Position numbers and translations under genes: made by a program. Below are positions 9,231 to 17,712 of a DNA stretch of 39,908 nt, piece by piece; positions within the stretch are counted from its first letter, which is position 1; every line of letters begins with the position of its first letter. The notes under the pieces were generated by a model. That model was not told where the DNA came from and did not search any database. It saw nothing but the letters and a program-made list of their open reading frames with translations. The DNA comes from a virus (Duplodnaviria; Heunggongvirae; Uroviricota; Caudoviricetes), in the IMG/VR virus record IMGVR_UViG_2703718871_000021, positions 1-39,908 of that record; one strand, written 5' to 3'.

Positions 9231-10532
9231 TCAGATGAGGTCTGCGGTTAGCGTATCGTCGGATACGTCGTCGAAATCATTTATAGGGTTGATATTGAGT
9301 GCGGGGCGTGGGTCTGACTCGGGAACGACGGTTGGTTTACCATCAGCTCGTGTTATCAGTGCCTCGACTTTTGACCAACGGCGCGGACTGGCCTTTTTGA
9401 TAAGTTTTTCGGCTTTTGTGGGACTAATAAGTTTAAAGTCGAATACTTCTTCAGTTTTGTACCTGAACTGGTCCTTCAGAAGTGCGCGAGCTGCCTCTTC
9501 ATCACTCCAGACCCGGTTACCTTGTTTTCCTGTTACCAGTTTAAACCCCGGTACCGGATGTCCGGCATTGAGTTCATTGTGAACCCGGTCCCGTACTGCC
9601 TTTAGCCAGGATTCAATAAAGTCGGCCTGGCTATAGATCTCCGCAAGCTGCTCAATGGTTAACAGAGGTACACGTGCGCTGGCATTGGTGATTATTTCGC
9701 TGACAGGCTTTGTCAGATCTTTAAAATCGCTGGCCGCTGTTTGTAAATGCTGCATTTTCTGGGCAGTGCAAATAGCTTTTGCTTTACAGAAGCGGCACTG
9801 TTTTTCTCCAGGTATGAAGTTTTCCAGCGGTAGTGTCTCAATGCCTTCGCATTCAGCAATATTGAGAACAAGGATCGCACTGGTTGCGGCCTCCTGTGCC
9901 CGTTCACCGAAAGACTGAAGTTCCTGTACGGTTAACGACCATTCTGAAACGTGGTTGAGCCTTGGCTGGTGAATAAATAATCTTACAGTCTCAAAGTCAT
10001 ACAGCATGCTGAATTGTTCGAGCGCACCCAGAGCATACAGTTGTAGTTGCTCATTTTGTTCTGCATCAATGCGGACGCCTTTGCCATATTTCAGGTCGTG
10101 GATTTGTAATTCGTTACCAGCGATGATTATGCCGTCGGCAGTTCCGAAAGATTCTTCCACCCCCGTTATATGTGAGAAATCAACACGTTGTTCAACCAAT
10201 AGTTCATTATTCTGTGCAAGAGTCCAGACCGTATCAACATACCGGCCAACGGCTTCGACCATTTCATCATCCACCTGTGGGCCAGATGTATCATCAGGAT
10301 TTTCGCGAAGGGGGTATGAGCCGAGAAACATAGAAACATTGCATCCGGCGTAGTGTTCCGGGTGGCTTTGCCTGTTTCGTAGAACTTTTTCAGCAAGCGC
10401 GTGCGCTGCAGTGCCCTCGATTGCAAAAGTTGTTTCTTTATCCGGTTGTGTGGCCTCCAGCGCCAGACTTCCTGGGCAGCGCATCCATCGATGCGCTGAT
10501 GATGGAGAAAGTTGTGCATGAACGTCTGGCAT
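9231..10532 (-). CDS. DUF2800-like PD-(D/E)xK nuclease (Cas4/RecB-like)
   Basis: 433-aa ORF; N-terminal [14 protein letters not shown] signature; D/E-x-K-like core (IHDLKYGKG); cysteine cluster [10 protein letters not shown]. Confidence 0.75.
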   Translation of the reverse strand: MPDVHAQLSPSSAHRWMRCPGSLALEATQPDKETTFAIEGTAAHALAEKVLRNRQSHPEHYAGCNVSMFLGSYPLRENPDDTSGPQVDDEMVEAVGRYVDTVWTLAQNNELLVEQRVDFSHITGVEESFGTADGIIIAGNELQIHDLKYGKGVRIDAEQNEQLQLYALGALEQFSMLYDFETVRLFIHQPRLNHVSEWSLTVQELQSFGERAQEAATSAILVLNIAECEGIETLPLENFIPGEKQCRFCKAKAICTAQKMQHLQTAASDFKDLTKPVSEIITNASARVPLLTIEQLAEIYSQADFIESWLKAVRDRVHNELNAGHPVPGFKLVTGKQGNRVWSDEEAARALLKDQFRYKTEEVFDFKLISPTKAEKLIKKASPRRWSKVEALITRADGKPTVVPESDPRPALNINPINDFDDVSDDTLTADLI

Positions 10533-10534
10533 GA

Positions 10535-11437
10535 TTAACCCTCCAGTGCTTTTTCAGCCAGGGTGATTACTTCAGCGAGATTTTCATCCGTTACTTCACC
10601 AAGTTTCCTGGCTCCCTGTTTTTCCAGAATTGCAATAGCTTCTGCCCGGTAACCCCCTTTTGCTAACTGGAGGATCAACCCTTCAGCTTGTTTGCGTAGT
10701 GCCGCGAAATCAATTGTATGGTCATCTTTGGCGTCATTATTCTGGCTGGAATTTGCTGCGTCTCTGCGTGCAAATTCTTCCTGCAGCTGAAGGTACTCAA
10801 CACGATTGATCTCGATATGGCCTTTTTTCAGCATCTCGTTCAACTTGCGTAAGGTGTGGAGTTCACTGGCTGCTGTGCCGGATACATTTTTGACGTAAAA
10901 CGGCCCCGTGCGTTCTCCATCTTTGTTACTGGCCTTTTTCGGCTTAACTTCATCACGCCCATCCGCAGGTGCATCAAGTAGCTGCTCGGCAAAAGCACGT
11001 CGCTCGCCGATGGTTGGCAGGTCGTCCCAGAACTTAAGGATGTTACGGGACAGGTCCAGGAGAGCAGGTTTAAGCAGCGCCCTGGTTCGTTTGACGCCCT
11101 GCAATGCGCTGTCGAGAGCATCAATCTGAACAACTCGTTTATCGCCTTCAGCATCACGGTAGGCAACAGCACGTTGCAGCATGTCTTCTGTGATAGGGGT
11201 GGCTACCGGGTAGAAACCAGCCAGTGCGATAACGTCGCTGAACTCCAGATCATCCAGTGTCATTGCCGCTGACATATTTTCAGTTTCAGTTGCTGTATCC
11301 CGACATTCCTGCACTCGTGAAATCGTGTCAGGATGCATAACAATGCCTGATGCCATTGTGCGGATAAGACGTTCAAGCAGCGCATTATGTTGTGCCAGAA
11401 GTTGATTATTAAGTTCGAGACTGGTTTCTAAACTCAT
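10535..11437 (-). CDS. hypothetical phage early protein
   Basis: 300-aa ORF, stop adjacent to next gene start; acidic, helical-looking; no recognisable motif. Confidence 0.65.
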   Translation of the reverse strand: MSLETSLELNNQLLAQHNALLERLIRTMASGIVMHPDTISRVQECRDTATETENMSAAMTLDDLEFSDVIALAGFYPVATPITEDMLQRAVAYRDAEGDKRVVQIDALDSALQGVKRTRALLKPALLDLSRNILKFWDDLPTIGERRAFAEQLLDAPADGRDEVKPKKASNKDGERTGPFYVKNVSGTAASELHTLRKLNEMLKKGHIEINRVEYLQLQEEFARRDAANSSQNNDAKDDHTIDFAALRKQAEGLILQLAKGGYRAEAIAILEKQGARKLGEVTDENLAEVITLAEKALEG

Positions 11438-11583
11438 ACTGTGGTCCTCGCTACAAGGAGAATGAAAGTGATGATCAGACCGAGCGCAGTGGCAACGGCC
11501 AGACCGGTCATCAAATCAAAGTTTTTACGGCGATAACGGAGAACATCGCGCCCCGTCAGTCGATAGAGGTGTTCAGGTTTCAT
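11434..11583 (-). CDS. hypothetical small membrane protein (49 aa)
   Basis: Hand-found [52 protein letters not shown] with AGGA RBS; stop TGA overlaps the ATG of the 300-aa gene (ATGA); one predicted TM helix. Confidence 0.4.
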   Translation of the reverse strand: MKPEHLYRLTGRDVLRYRRKNFDLMTGLAVATALGLIITFILLVARTTV

Positions 11584-11641
11584 CGGTTGTATTCCTTTTT
11601 TCATATCGGGGAGCGCGCTGTTGCGAGTGCGCTTTCAGACA

Positions 11642-11668
11642 TAAAAAAGCCCGTCACTTGCGGCGGGC
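11642..11668 (-). terminator. putative rho-independent terminator in the early-left leader
   Basis: Minus strand reads GCCCGCC-gcaagt-GACGGGC followed by TTTTTTAT. Confidence 0.5.
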
Positions 11669-12059
11669 AAAGACTACACACAGCAATTACATGGATGATT
11701 CAGTTGGTATTGTGCGTACGTGGTACCACGAGGTTGAAGCGGACACGCCAGTGCGTTGCAATGGTATGCAGGAAAGCACCACATCCAGGGCAGTGCTCAT
11801 AACATTCGTTGATTTGGTATCGTTTTGGCTTTGGTGTCTGAAGCTGTGTTTGGCAAGCAGGGCATTCACCTTTTGAGCGGTTTATACGTTTTCACGCCGT
11901 TTCCTCATTCAGTTCACTTTGGTGGTTCGGCGGCTTCGACTTGTATCAGTAGACAGTGCTTCGCCGCACCCCAAAGGGAACTTACTGACCCGTATTGCCG
12001 ACATCCTGTCCCGCCACGGTCCCGACGCATGGTTTAGAGTCGCGCCGTTCGACTTGTGG

Positions 12060-12180
12060 CTAAGGATACAATTTAGGTTGTATTGTGTAAACCACAAATG
12101 TGGTATTTTGTGGGGTGTGAATACTACTTTATTGATATTCAAGTGAATTTAATTTGTAAGACTTTACAAATGGGGTAAGG
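12060..12180 (-). promoter_or_regulatory. putative leftward early promoter/operator region (PL/OL-like)
   Basis: Non-coding stretch directly below the repressor gene; contains GGTTGTATT also present in the cI-cro intergenic region, TTGTAT half-sites and inverted repeat ACCACAaaTGTGGT. Confidence 0.35.
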
Positions 12181-12217
12181 GAGACTGTTACGCCTCCCGA
12201 TATTTACGGTGGGAATA

Positions 12218-12841
12218 CTAACGTTTACGGCGGTAAATACGGTGTTCGATCATTACACCTATGATCTGTAAGTTCATATCTGCACTACGAAAAATAGGGT
12301 AATCAGGATTTAGGGGGATTAATTCAAAGTCGTCGATGCCGATTCCTAATGGACGGTATTTTTTAAATGTAGCTTCGTGACCGTCGTTTTTGGCGACAAC
12401 AAACTCCCCTGGTGCAGGACATAGCTCAGGATCGATGATAACAATGTCTCCTTCTTTAAACTCTGGTTGCATGCTGTCGCCATCAATACGTAATGCGAAG
12501 CATGTTTCTGGAATGTCAGAGTCTGCCAAAATATATTCAAATTCCCCTGTCAGATCTGTTATGTCTCTTGCTTCTGTAAGCTCTCCTGCCTGAACGTAAC
12601 TTAATATAGGTATGCGTCTGGTACTTATCTCCGCGAGAGGCATAATATTTTTACCGTTCAGTAGCCAGTCTGGGCTACATTTCAAGGCCTTAGCCAGATC
12701 CAGAAGATTGCGTGGCTTTCTAGTTCGTCCACTTTCGATGGATTCTATGGATTGTTGGCTAACCCCTGCAGAATTCGCTACTTCCACTTGAGTCATTCCT
12801 AATTCCAAACGACGTGCTTTAAAACGGGCTGCGAGAGACAT
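12218..12841 (-). CDS. cI-like repressor (XRE-type HTH plus S24 LexA-like peptidase domain)
   Basis: 207 aa from ATG 12841 (RBS AGAAGGA); N-terminal HTH (LGMTQVEVANSAGVSQQSIESIESG); C-terminal S24 signature with Ser in GDSMQPEF and downstream Lys (FKKY); ORF-track start 12892 is probably an upstream non-ATG artefact. Confidence 0.85.
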   Translation of the reverse strand: MSLAARFKARRLELGMTQVEVANSAGVSQQSIESIESGRTRKPRNLLDLAKALKCSPDWLLNGKNIMPLAEISTRRIPILSYVQAGELTEARDITDLTGEFEYILADSDIPETCFALRIDGDSMQPEFKEGDIVIIDPELCPAPGEFVVAKNDGHEATFKKYRPLGIGIDDFELIPLNPDYPIFRSADMNLQIIGVMIEHRIYRRKR

Positions 12842-12961
12842 GGGATTAGTCCTTCTGGGTTGTATTAATGTGTATACCCACATTAAAAACAATTTTTGTT
12901 GTATTTGACAAACCTTGTTTGTTGTTGCTAAATACCACTAAAATTGTATGAGGTGAAAGCA
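12842..12961. promoter_or_regulatory. divergent promoter/operator region between repressor and cro-like gene
   Basis: 120-bp intergenic; rightward promoter candidate TTGACA (12905-12910) with TG-n-TAAATA extended -10 (~12926-12934); repeated TTGTAT-containing motifs and inverted repeat ATGTG...CACAT. Confidence 0.45.
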
Positions 12962-13174
12962 ATGACCTTAGCGACCCGAGTAAAAGAACGACGTAAAGAA
13001 CTCAAAATGACGCAAGTTACGTTGGCTGAGCTCACAGGAGTGAGCCAGCAGGCAATAAACAGAATTGAAAGTGGTGTTATTGCTCGGCCACGTTATCTTC
13101 TTGAAATGTCTATAGCATTGGATTGCGACCCTAATTGGCTGTTGTATGGCTCACAAAACGATAAAAAGGCTTAA
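12962..13174 (+). CDS. Cro-like HTH regulator
   Basis: 70 aa from ATG 12962 (RBS GAGGTG); XRE-type HTH (VTLAELTGVSQQAINRIESG); divergent from repressor. Confidence 0.8.
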   Translation: MTLATRVKERRKELKMTQVTLAELTGVSQQAINRIESGVIARPRYLLEMSIALDCDPNWLLYGSQNDKKA

Positions 13175-13177
13175 CCC

Positions 13178-15364
13178 ATGTCCGATAGCAAACCATGGGG
13201 AGCTACGCCTGATGAGTGGTTTCATTTCGACCTGGTATTGGGGAGAACTGATCATCTTCTCCCAGTTGTATGTAACCCCGGTGCGACCATATCCCCTGAT
13301 AGTAAACTGAAAGCGCTGGGTAAGACGCCAAGTCGCTATAACCGGGACCATCAGGTCACCGGTATTGCTCAATGGACCGGGCATGTTGTTACTGAGCATG
13401 ATTTTGCCCGCTGGTCGAATGAACCGGATTATGGCATCTGCGTGCGTACAGGCCATGGCTGGCTGGCGCTGGACTGTGATAGCGAAGATGAAGACATTCA
13501 GGCAGATATTCGCAAAACGCTTGTGCAACTTCTGGGGGAGTTGCCGCCGCGACGCTGGCGAGCAAACAGTAATAAGTGTCTGTATCTGCTGGCCGTTGAT
13601 GGTGATTTCCGTAAGCGTATCCATCGCCTGGCGGGGGATATGGGCATTATCGAGTTGCTGGCGAACGGGCAGCAGTTCGTTGCCTGCGGTACGCACAGCA
13701 GCGGCGCGCGTATTGAATGGGACGGTGGTTTGCCGGATGAACCTCCGGCTATTACAGGTGAGCAGCTTGAAACGCTGTGGCAGCGCCTGGCTGAACAACT
13801 CCCTGTGTCGGTAACCACCGAAGCGGGCAACACGAAGATGCGCGACCGTTCAGCATTCACGCCCGGCGCGACGGATGATACAGCTGAATATCTTGATGCC
13901 AATGGCTGGACGCTGCTGGATGGCGCAAACGGTGAACGATATATCCGCTGTCCGTTTGAAGACGGCCACAGTAGCGGAGGCGATCCAACAAGCACTGTTT
14001 ATTTTCCTGCGGGAACCGCAGGCTTTGAGCAGGGGCATTTTAAATGCCTGCATGCCAGTTGCGCGCATCGTGATGACGGAGATTTCCTGAATGCCATCGG
14101 GATCCGCAACGACGATTTCGAAGATCTGACCAGCATCGAAGTGGCGGAACCTTTACCGCTGCCTGCTTTCGAGCGTGATAAATGGGGGCGTATCGAGGCA
14201 ACCATCAGCAACGCAGCCAAAGCAGTAGTACGCTCTGATTTTGTGGACATCGATATTCGCTTTGACCAGTTCCGCGACGAAATCATGTTTGCCCCGGCAG
14301 GATCCGGACAATGGCGGGCATTCACCGATGCGGATTATGCGCGCCTGCGCATCACGATGGAAAAGCGGGGATTTAAACCTGTTGGTCGTGAACTTATTCG
14401 CGATGTGGTGTTACTTGCAGCCGATGAACAACCATTCGATTCAGCGATCACCTGGCTGAACGGGCTGGAGTGGGATGGCGTGCCGCGCATCGAATGTTTC
14501 TACCATACGCACTTCGGTACAGCCGACACGCCTTATACCCGTGCGGTGTCTATGTACATGTGGACCGCGTTGGCGGGGCGAGTACTGGAGCCAGGCATCA
14601 AAGCGGATATGGTGCCGATCCTCGTTGGTCCGCAGGGCTGCGGTAAGTCTTCCGGAGTGGAGGCACTGAGCCCTGATCCTGCGTTTTTTACTGAAATCTC
14701 TTTTGCCGAAAAAGACGATGATCTCGCTCGAAAAATGCGTGGTCGGCTGGTGGCAGAGATTGGTGAACTGCGCGGACTTAATACCAAAGAGCTGGAGTCA
14801 ATCAAAGCGTTTGTGACGCGTACTCACGAAAACTGGATCCCGAAATACCGGGAGTTCGCCACCCAGTTTCCTCGTCGCCTGGTGTTCGTTGGTACCACTA
14901 ATGAGGACGAATTCCTTGCGGACAAGACTGGTAACCGTCGCTGGCTCCCCGTGGAAGTGTCGAAAGTCGACGTGAAAGCGATAAAAAGAGATCTCCTTTT
15001 ACTTTGGGCTGAGGCTCGTGAGGTGTTTCAGCGTCTGGGGGGTATCCAGTTCCGTGAGGCTGAACAACTGGCAGCGAGTGTCCATGAACAGTACACCATC
15101 AAGGATGCTTGGCTTGAAACGGTAGAGAAATGGCTCGACACGCCCGACCTGATGACTAATGAACTTCCGCGAAATTGCGAATTTTTACGCGCAAGTGATG
15201 TTTTGCGTGATGCGATTGGGCTAAATCCTGACCGCATCGGAAAACGCGAAGAAATGCGAATTAGTAATGTTTTGCAAAATTGCGGGTATAAGCGTGCCCA
15301 AAGGCGAATTGGGGGGAAAAAATGCAAGGTTTGGGAACCGCTGGAACCACGCGGAACCACCTAA
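13178..15364 (+). CDS. replication primase / P-loop NTPase (prim-pol-like N-terminus, VirE/D5-type C-terminus)
   Basis: 728-aa ORF; Walker A GPQGCGKSS and Walker B-like LVFVGTTNED in the C-terminal half; Cys/His-rich mid-region (CPFEDGHSSG...HFKCLHASCAH); directly after cro. Confidence 0.8.
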   Translation: MSDSKPWGATPDEWFHFDLVLGRTDHLLPVVCNPGATISPDSKLKALGKTPSRYNRDHQVTGIAQWTGHVVTEHDFARWSNEPDYGICVRTGHGWLALDCDSEDEDIQADIRKTLVQLLGELPPRRWRANSNKCLYLLAVDGDFRKRIHRLAGDMGIIELLANGQQFVACGTHSSGARIEWDGGLPDEPPAITGEQLETLWQRLAEQLPVSVTTEAGNTKMRDRSAFTPGATDDTAEYLDANGWTLLDGANGERYIRCPFEDGHSSGGDPTSTVYFPAGTAGFEQGHFKCLHASCAHRDDGDFLNAIGIRNDDFEDLTSIEVAEPLPLPAFERDKWGRIEATISNAAKAVVRSDFVDIDIRFDQFRDEIMFAPAGSGQWRAFTDADYARLRITMEKRGFKPVGRELIRDVVLLAADEQPFDSAITWLNGLEWDGVPRIECFYHTHFGTADTPYTRAVSMYMWTALAGRVLEPGIKADMVPILVGPQGCGKSSGVEALSPDPAFFTEISFAEKDDDLARKMRGRLVAEIGELRGLNTKELESIKAFVTRTHENWIPKYREFATQFPRRLVFVGTTNEDEFLADKTGNRRWLPVEVSKVDVKAIKRDLLLLWAEAREVFQRLGGIQFREAEQLAASVHEQYTIKDAWLETVEKWLDTPDLMTNELPRNCEFLRASDVLRDAIGLNPDRIGKREEMRISNVLQNCGYKRAQRRIGGKKCKVWEPLEPRGTT

Positions 15365-15520
15365 AAGAGAAGGTGGTTCCACCTTGCAGACCTTGTGGCA
15401 AGCGGGGCGGAACCACTGGAACCACTGGAACCGCCTTTCTACTAGAAACCCCATATATATATAAGTCGATTGAGGGAAAGGTTAGGAAAAGGTGGTTCCA
15501 GGTGGGGGCAGGTGGTTCCA
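15331..15520. repeat. iteron-like repeat array with AT-rich spacer (putative phage replication origin)
   Basis: GGAACC(A/G)C in direct orientation at 15334, 15343, 15353, 15409, 15418, 15427 and inverted (GGTGGTTCC) at ~15375, 15494, 15514; ATATATATATAA at 15453-15464; overlaps the 3' end of the primase gene. Confidence 0.5.
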
Positions 15521-15650
15521 CTCCGAATTAGCAACTTTTTACATGTTGATACATGCAATATGCGGATCGGAACTGCGTTATCCACACCCACGGATAAACA
15601 GACGTAGTTCTCAGAAAATTTTTTCGTAGCAAAACGTAGAGGTCAGAGCT

Positions 15651-16073
15651 ATGCGTAATATTCAACAGGTTTTAGAGCGCTGGGGTGGCTGGGCAGCGAG
15701 TGAAGGTGGTAGCGTCTACTTTCCTCCTGTTGCAGCTGGGTTTAAGAATCTGCTACCCGCGACGCAGTCTGGAAGGCTGAAATGCAGTGACAATGACGGT
15801 CTTATCATCAACTCCGCTATGAGCTGCCTGAAGAAAAAAGATCCGTATCTGTGCACGCTCCTTGAGTGGCATTACGTCCAGGCCATGCCCGTGCGGACGA
15901 TGGGTGAGAAGCTCGGCGTATCTCACACCCACGTTCTGAAGAGGCTTCAGGCGGCAGAGGGATTTATTGACGGTTGCTTAGCCATGCTGGATGTGGTGCT
16001 CGAAATGGATCAGTCGGTTCAGTCAAAGCCTCAGGCTATCAGGACTTTGCGTAGGAGCTGCTCGGCGGCATAA
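15651..16073 (+). CDS. Q-like late-gene antitermination protein
   Basis: 140-aa ORF starting MRNIQQVLERWGGWAA, resembling enterobacterial prophage Q antiterminators as I recall them; sits between replication genes and lysis cassette. Confidence 0.65.
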   Translation: MRNIQQVLERWGGWAASEGGSVYFPPVAAGFKNLLPATQSGRLKCSDNDGLIINSAMSCLKKKDPYLCTLLEWHYVQAMPVRTMGEKLGVSHTHVLKRLQAAEGFIDGCLAMLDVVLEMDQSVQSKPQAIRTLRRSCSAA

Positions 16074-16104
16074 TATCCAGCAATCAATCACGTAAGGGAA
16101 CCAG

Positions 16105-16446
16105 ATGGCTCTGATCAGCGTTCGCAACAGATTTGAAAGCTTCATGGAACAGAGGTACCCAGACCTGTCGTTGCAGGTCAAAGGTAATATTGGCGCATCA
16201 ATGAAGGCTCAACTTGGTATCAGGATTGAACGAGAATTGTACAGTGAAGATGTTACTTACTGTGATTCAGCAGTTCAGTTGATGTGGACACTCTTTCAGG
16301 CAGGTGTTCTGGCCGAACGAAGAGCTACCAGCGTTACGCTTCCTGCGCTGAAGGCAAAGCCGGATAGCTTCTACGATGCGGGTTATAACGAAGGTATTCA
16401 GGACTGTCGTAAACATCTGACGGCATCAGGCATCAAGGTAAGATAA
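16105..16446 (+). CDS. hypothetical protein in the Q-to-lysis cargo position
   Basis: 113-aa ORF with AGGGAA-type RBS; no recognisable motif; followed by a hairpin terminator. Confidence 0.6.
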   Translation: MALISVRNRFESFMEQRYPDLSLQVKGNIGASMKAQLGIRIERELYSEDVTYCDSAVQLMWTLFQAGVLAERRATSVTLPALKAKPDSFYDAGYNEGIQDCRKHLTASGIKVR

Positions 16447-16511
16447 AAAATAGTTGTGGAATTCCAAAAAGCCGATTAGCCTGATATCTGTTGAAAACAG
16501 TTCATCACGAA

Positions 16512-16537
16512 GAGGCTCCCGCAAGGGGGCTTTTTTA
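16512..16537 (+). terminator. putative rho-independent terminator
   Basis: GCTCCC-gcaa-GGGGGC followed by TTTTTT. Confidence 0.45.
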
Positions 16538-16692
16538 ATGCTCTATTCTCAGTAAAAGTTAATAAAACAGGGTTTTCGTCGCGAAAAAACGCTATGCAGT
16601 TTTTGCCCTTTTTTATGCACCTTTTATTCACTCGGATTTCGTCATTCTGGACCACTTAAGTTGATTAAATAGGCCTTTCATCGCAAATCTAT

Positions 16693-16722
16693 TGCGAGTG
16701 GTGATCGTGTGGTTCCTATAAC
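16693..16722 (+). promoter_or_regulatory. candidate late promoter (PR'-like)
   Basis: TTGCGA (16693-16698), 18-bp spacer, TATAAC (16717-16722), about 45 bp upstream of a strong terminator hairpin and about 170 bp upstream of the holin gene. Confidence 0.3.
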
Positions 16723-16765
16723 GCACATTATGTTAAATAACCTCCTTTTTTAACAAATTTAACAA

Positions 16766-16790
16766 GGTTCGCTATGGCGAACTTTTTTTG
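16766..16790 (+). terminator. putative rho-independent terminator (tR'-like) upstream of lysis genes
   Basis: GGTTCGC-tatg-GCGAAC followed by TTTTTTT. Confidence 0.5.
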
Positions 16791-16890
16791 TATTCAGGGC
16801 CCACCGAAGGACGGCTCATAACCCAATCCTACGGGCGTATACGCAGGGCCCGCCTTTCAACAACACCCCGTAATGGCGGAGGTGGGAAGT

Positions 16891-17232
16891 ATGAAAATGC
16901 ACAATGCTCCTCATTCCTGGCCTGACTTACTGGAACTCTTACAAAGTTGGTGGCGTGGAGATACGCCGTTGGGCGCAGTGGTTATGTCAATTGTTATGGC
17001 TGGCTTGCGCATTGCCTATTTTGGCGGTGGCGGCGGCTGGAAACGAAAAACGCTTGAGATTTTGCTCTGTGGTGCTCTGACGCTGACCTTTGCATCCGCT
17101 CTTGAGTATGTTGGATGGCCTAAATCGCTTTCTGTTGCCATTGGTGGTGGTGTTGGGCTGATCGGTGTCGATGCTATTCGTGGGGCTGCAATGCGAGTAA
17201 TCGGTAACAAGTTTGGTGGCTCTAAGGAGTAA
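16891..17232 (+). CDS. holin with dual-start motif
   Basis: Strong RBS GGAGGTG 7 nt before ATG 16891; Met-Lys-Met start as in lambda S holin/antiholin; two to three hydrophobic helices (AVVMSIVMAGLRIAYFGGGG, ILLCGALTLTFASAL, VAIGGGVGLIGV); immediately precedes endolysin. Confidence 0.75.
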   Translation: MKMHNAPHSWPDLLELLQSWWRGDTPLGAVVMSIVMAGLRIAYFGGGGGWKRKTLEILLCGALTLTFASALEYVGWPKSLSVAIGGGVGLIGVDAIRGAAMRVIGNKFGGSKE

Positions 17233-17235
17233 TTC

Positions 17236-17712
17236 ATGCAGACACTAAATTCCCAGCGTAAAGCTTTCCTGGATATGGTGGCATGGTCAGAAGGAACGGA
17301 TAACGGGCGACAACCGACACGTAACCACGGTTATGATGTTATTGTCGGTGGTGAACTGTTCACTGATTACTCCGATCACCCTCGCAGACTTGTCACGCTA
17401 AACCCGAAGCTTAAATCAACAGCCGCAGGCCGGTATCAGCTTCTTTCACGCTGGTGGGATGCCTACCGCAAGCAGCTTGGCCTGAAAGATTTTTCGCCAG
17501 AAAGTCAGGACGCTGTGGCGCTGCAGCAGATTAAAGAGCGTGGCGCTTTACCGATGATTGACCGTGGCGATATTCGTCAGGCAATCGACCGTTGCAGCAA
17601 TATCTGGGCGTCGTTACCTGGTGCAGGTTACGGTCAGTATGAACATAAAATCGGTGACCTGATTTCCAGGTTTAAAGATGCTGGTGGGGTGGTAAATGAA
17701 GCTGACTTATAA
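17236..17712 (+). CDS. R: endolysin, lambda R-like lytic transglycosylase
   Basis: 158-aa ORF very similar over most of its length to lambda R as I recall it (NSQRKAFLDMVAWSEGTDNGRQPTRNHGYDVIVGGELFTDYSDHPR...). Confidence 0.9.
   Translation: MQTLNSQRKAFLDMVAWSEGTDNGRQPTRNHGYDVIVGGELFTDYSDHPRRLVTLNPKLKSTAAGRYQLLSRWWDAYRKQLGLKDFSPESQDAVALQQIKERGALPMIDRGDIRQAIDRCSNIWASLPGAGYGQYEHKIGDLISRFKDAGGVVNEADL

Noticed and set aside
11909-12146. 77-aa minus and 75-aa plus ORFs in the region below the repressor gene
   Set aside because: They span the putative operator/promoter region, lack RBS, and overlap each other on opposite strands; more likely non-coding regulatory DNA.
12842-12892. Upstream extension of the repressor ORF (start at 12892 in the ORF track)
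   Set aside because: Extension would run into the divergent promoter/operator region and uses a non-ATG start; the ATG at 12841 has a good RBS and gives a typical-length cI-like protein.
13151-13798. 215-aa minus-strand ORF
   Set aside because: Lies entirely antisense to the primase/NTPase gene, which has Walker motifs and proper operon context; no RBS or motif support; treated as a shadow ORF.
15331-15520. Possible CRISPR array
   Set aside because: Repeat units are only 8-10 bp, irregularly spaced, present in both orientations and partly inside a coding region; consistent with iterons, not CRISPR repeats/spacers.
16540-16870. Possible tRNA or small RNA gene in the long non-coding stretch before the lysis cassette
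   Set aside because: I could not find a convincing cloverleaf or T-loop-like GTTCGAATC-type motif by eye; the region is better explained as late promoter/leader/terminator, though a structured RNA cannot be excluded without a tRNA/ncRNA scan.
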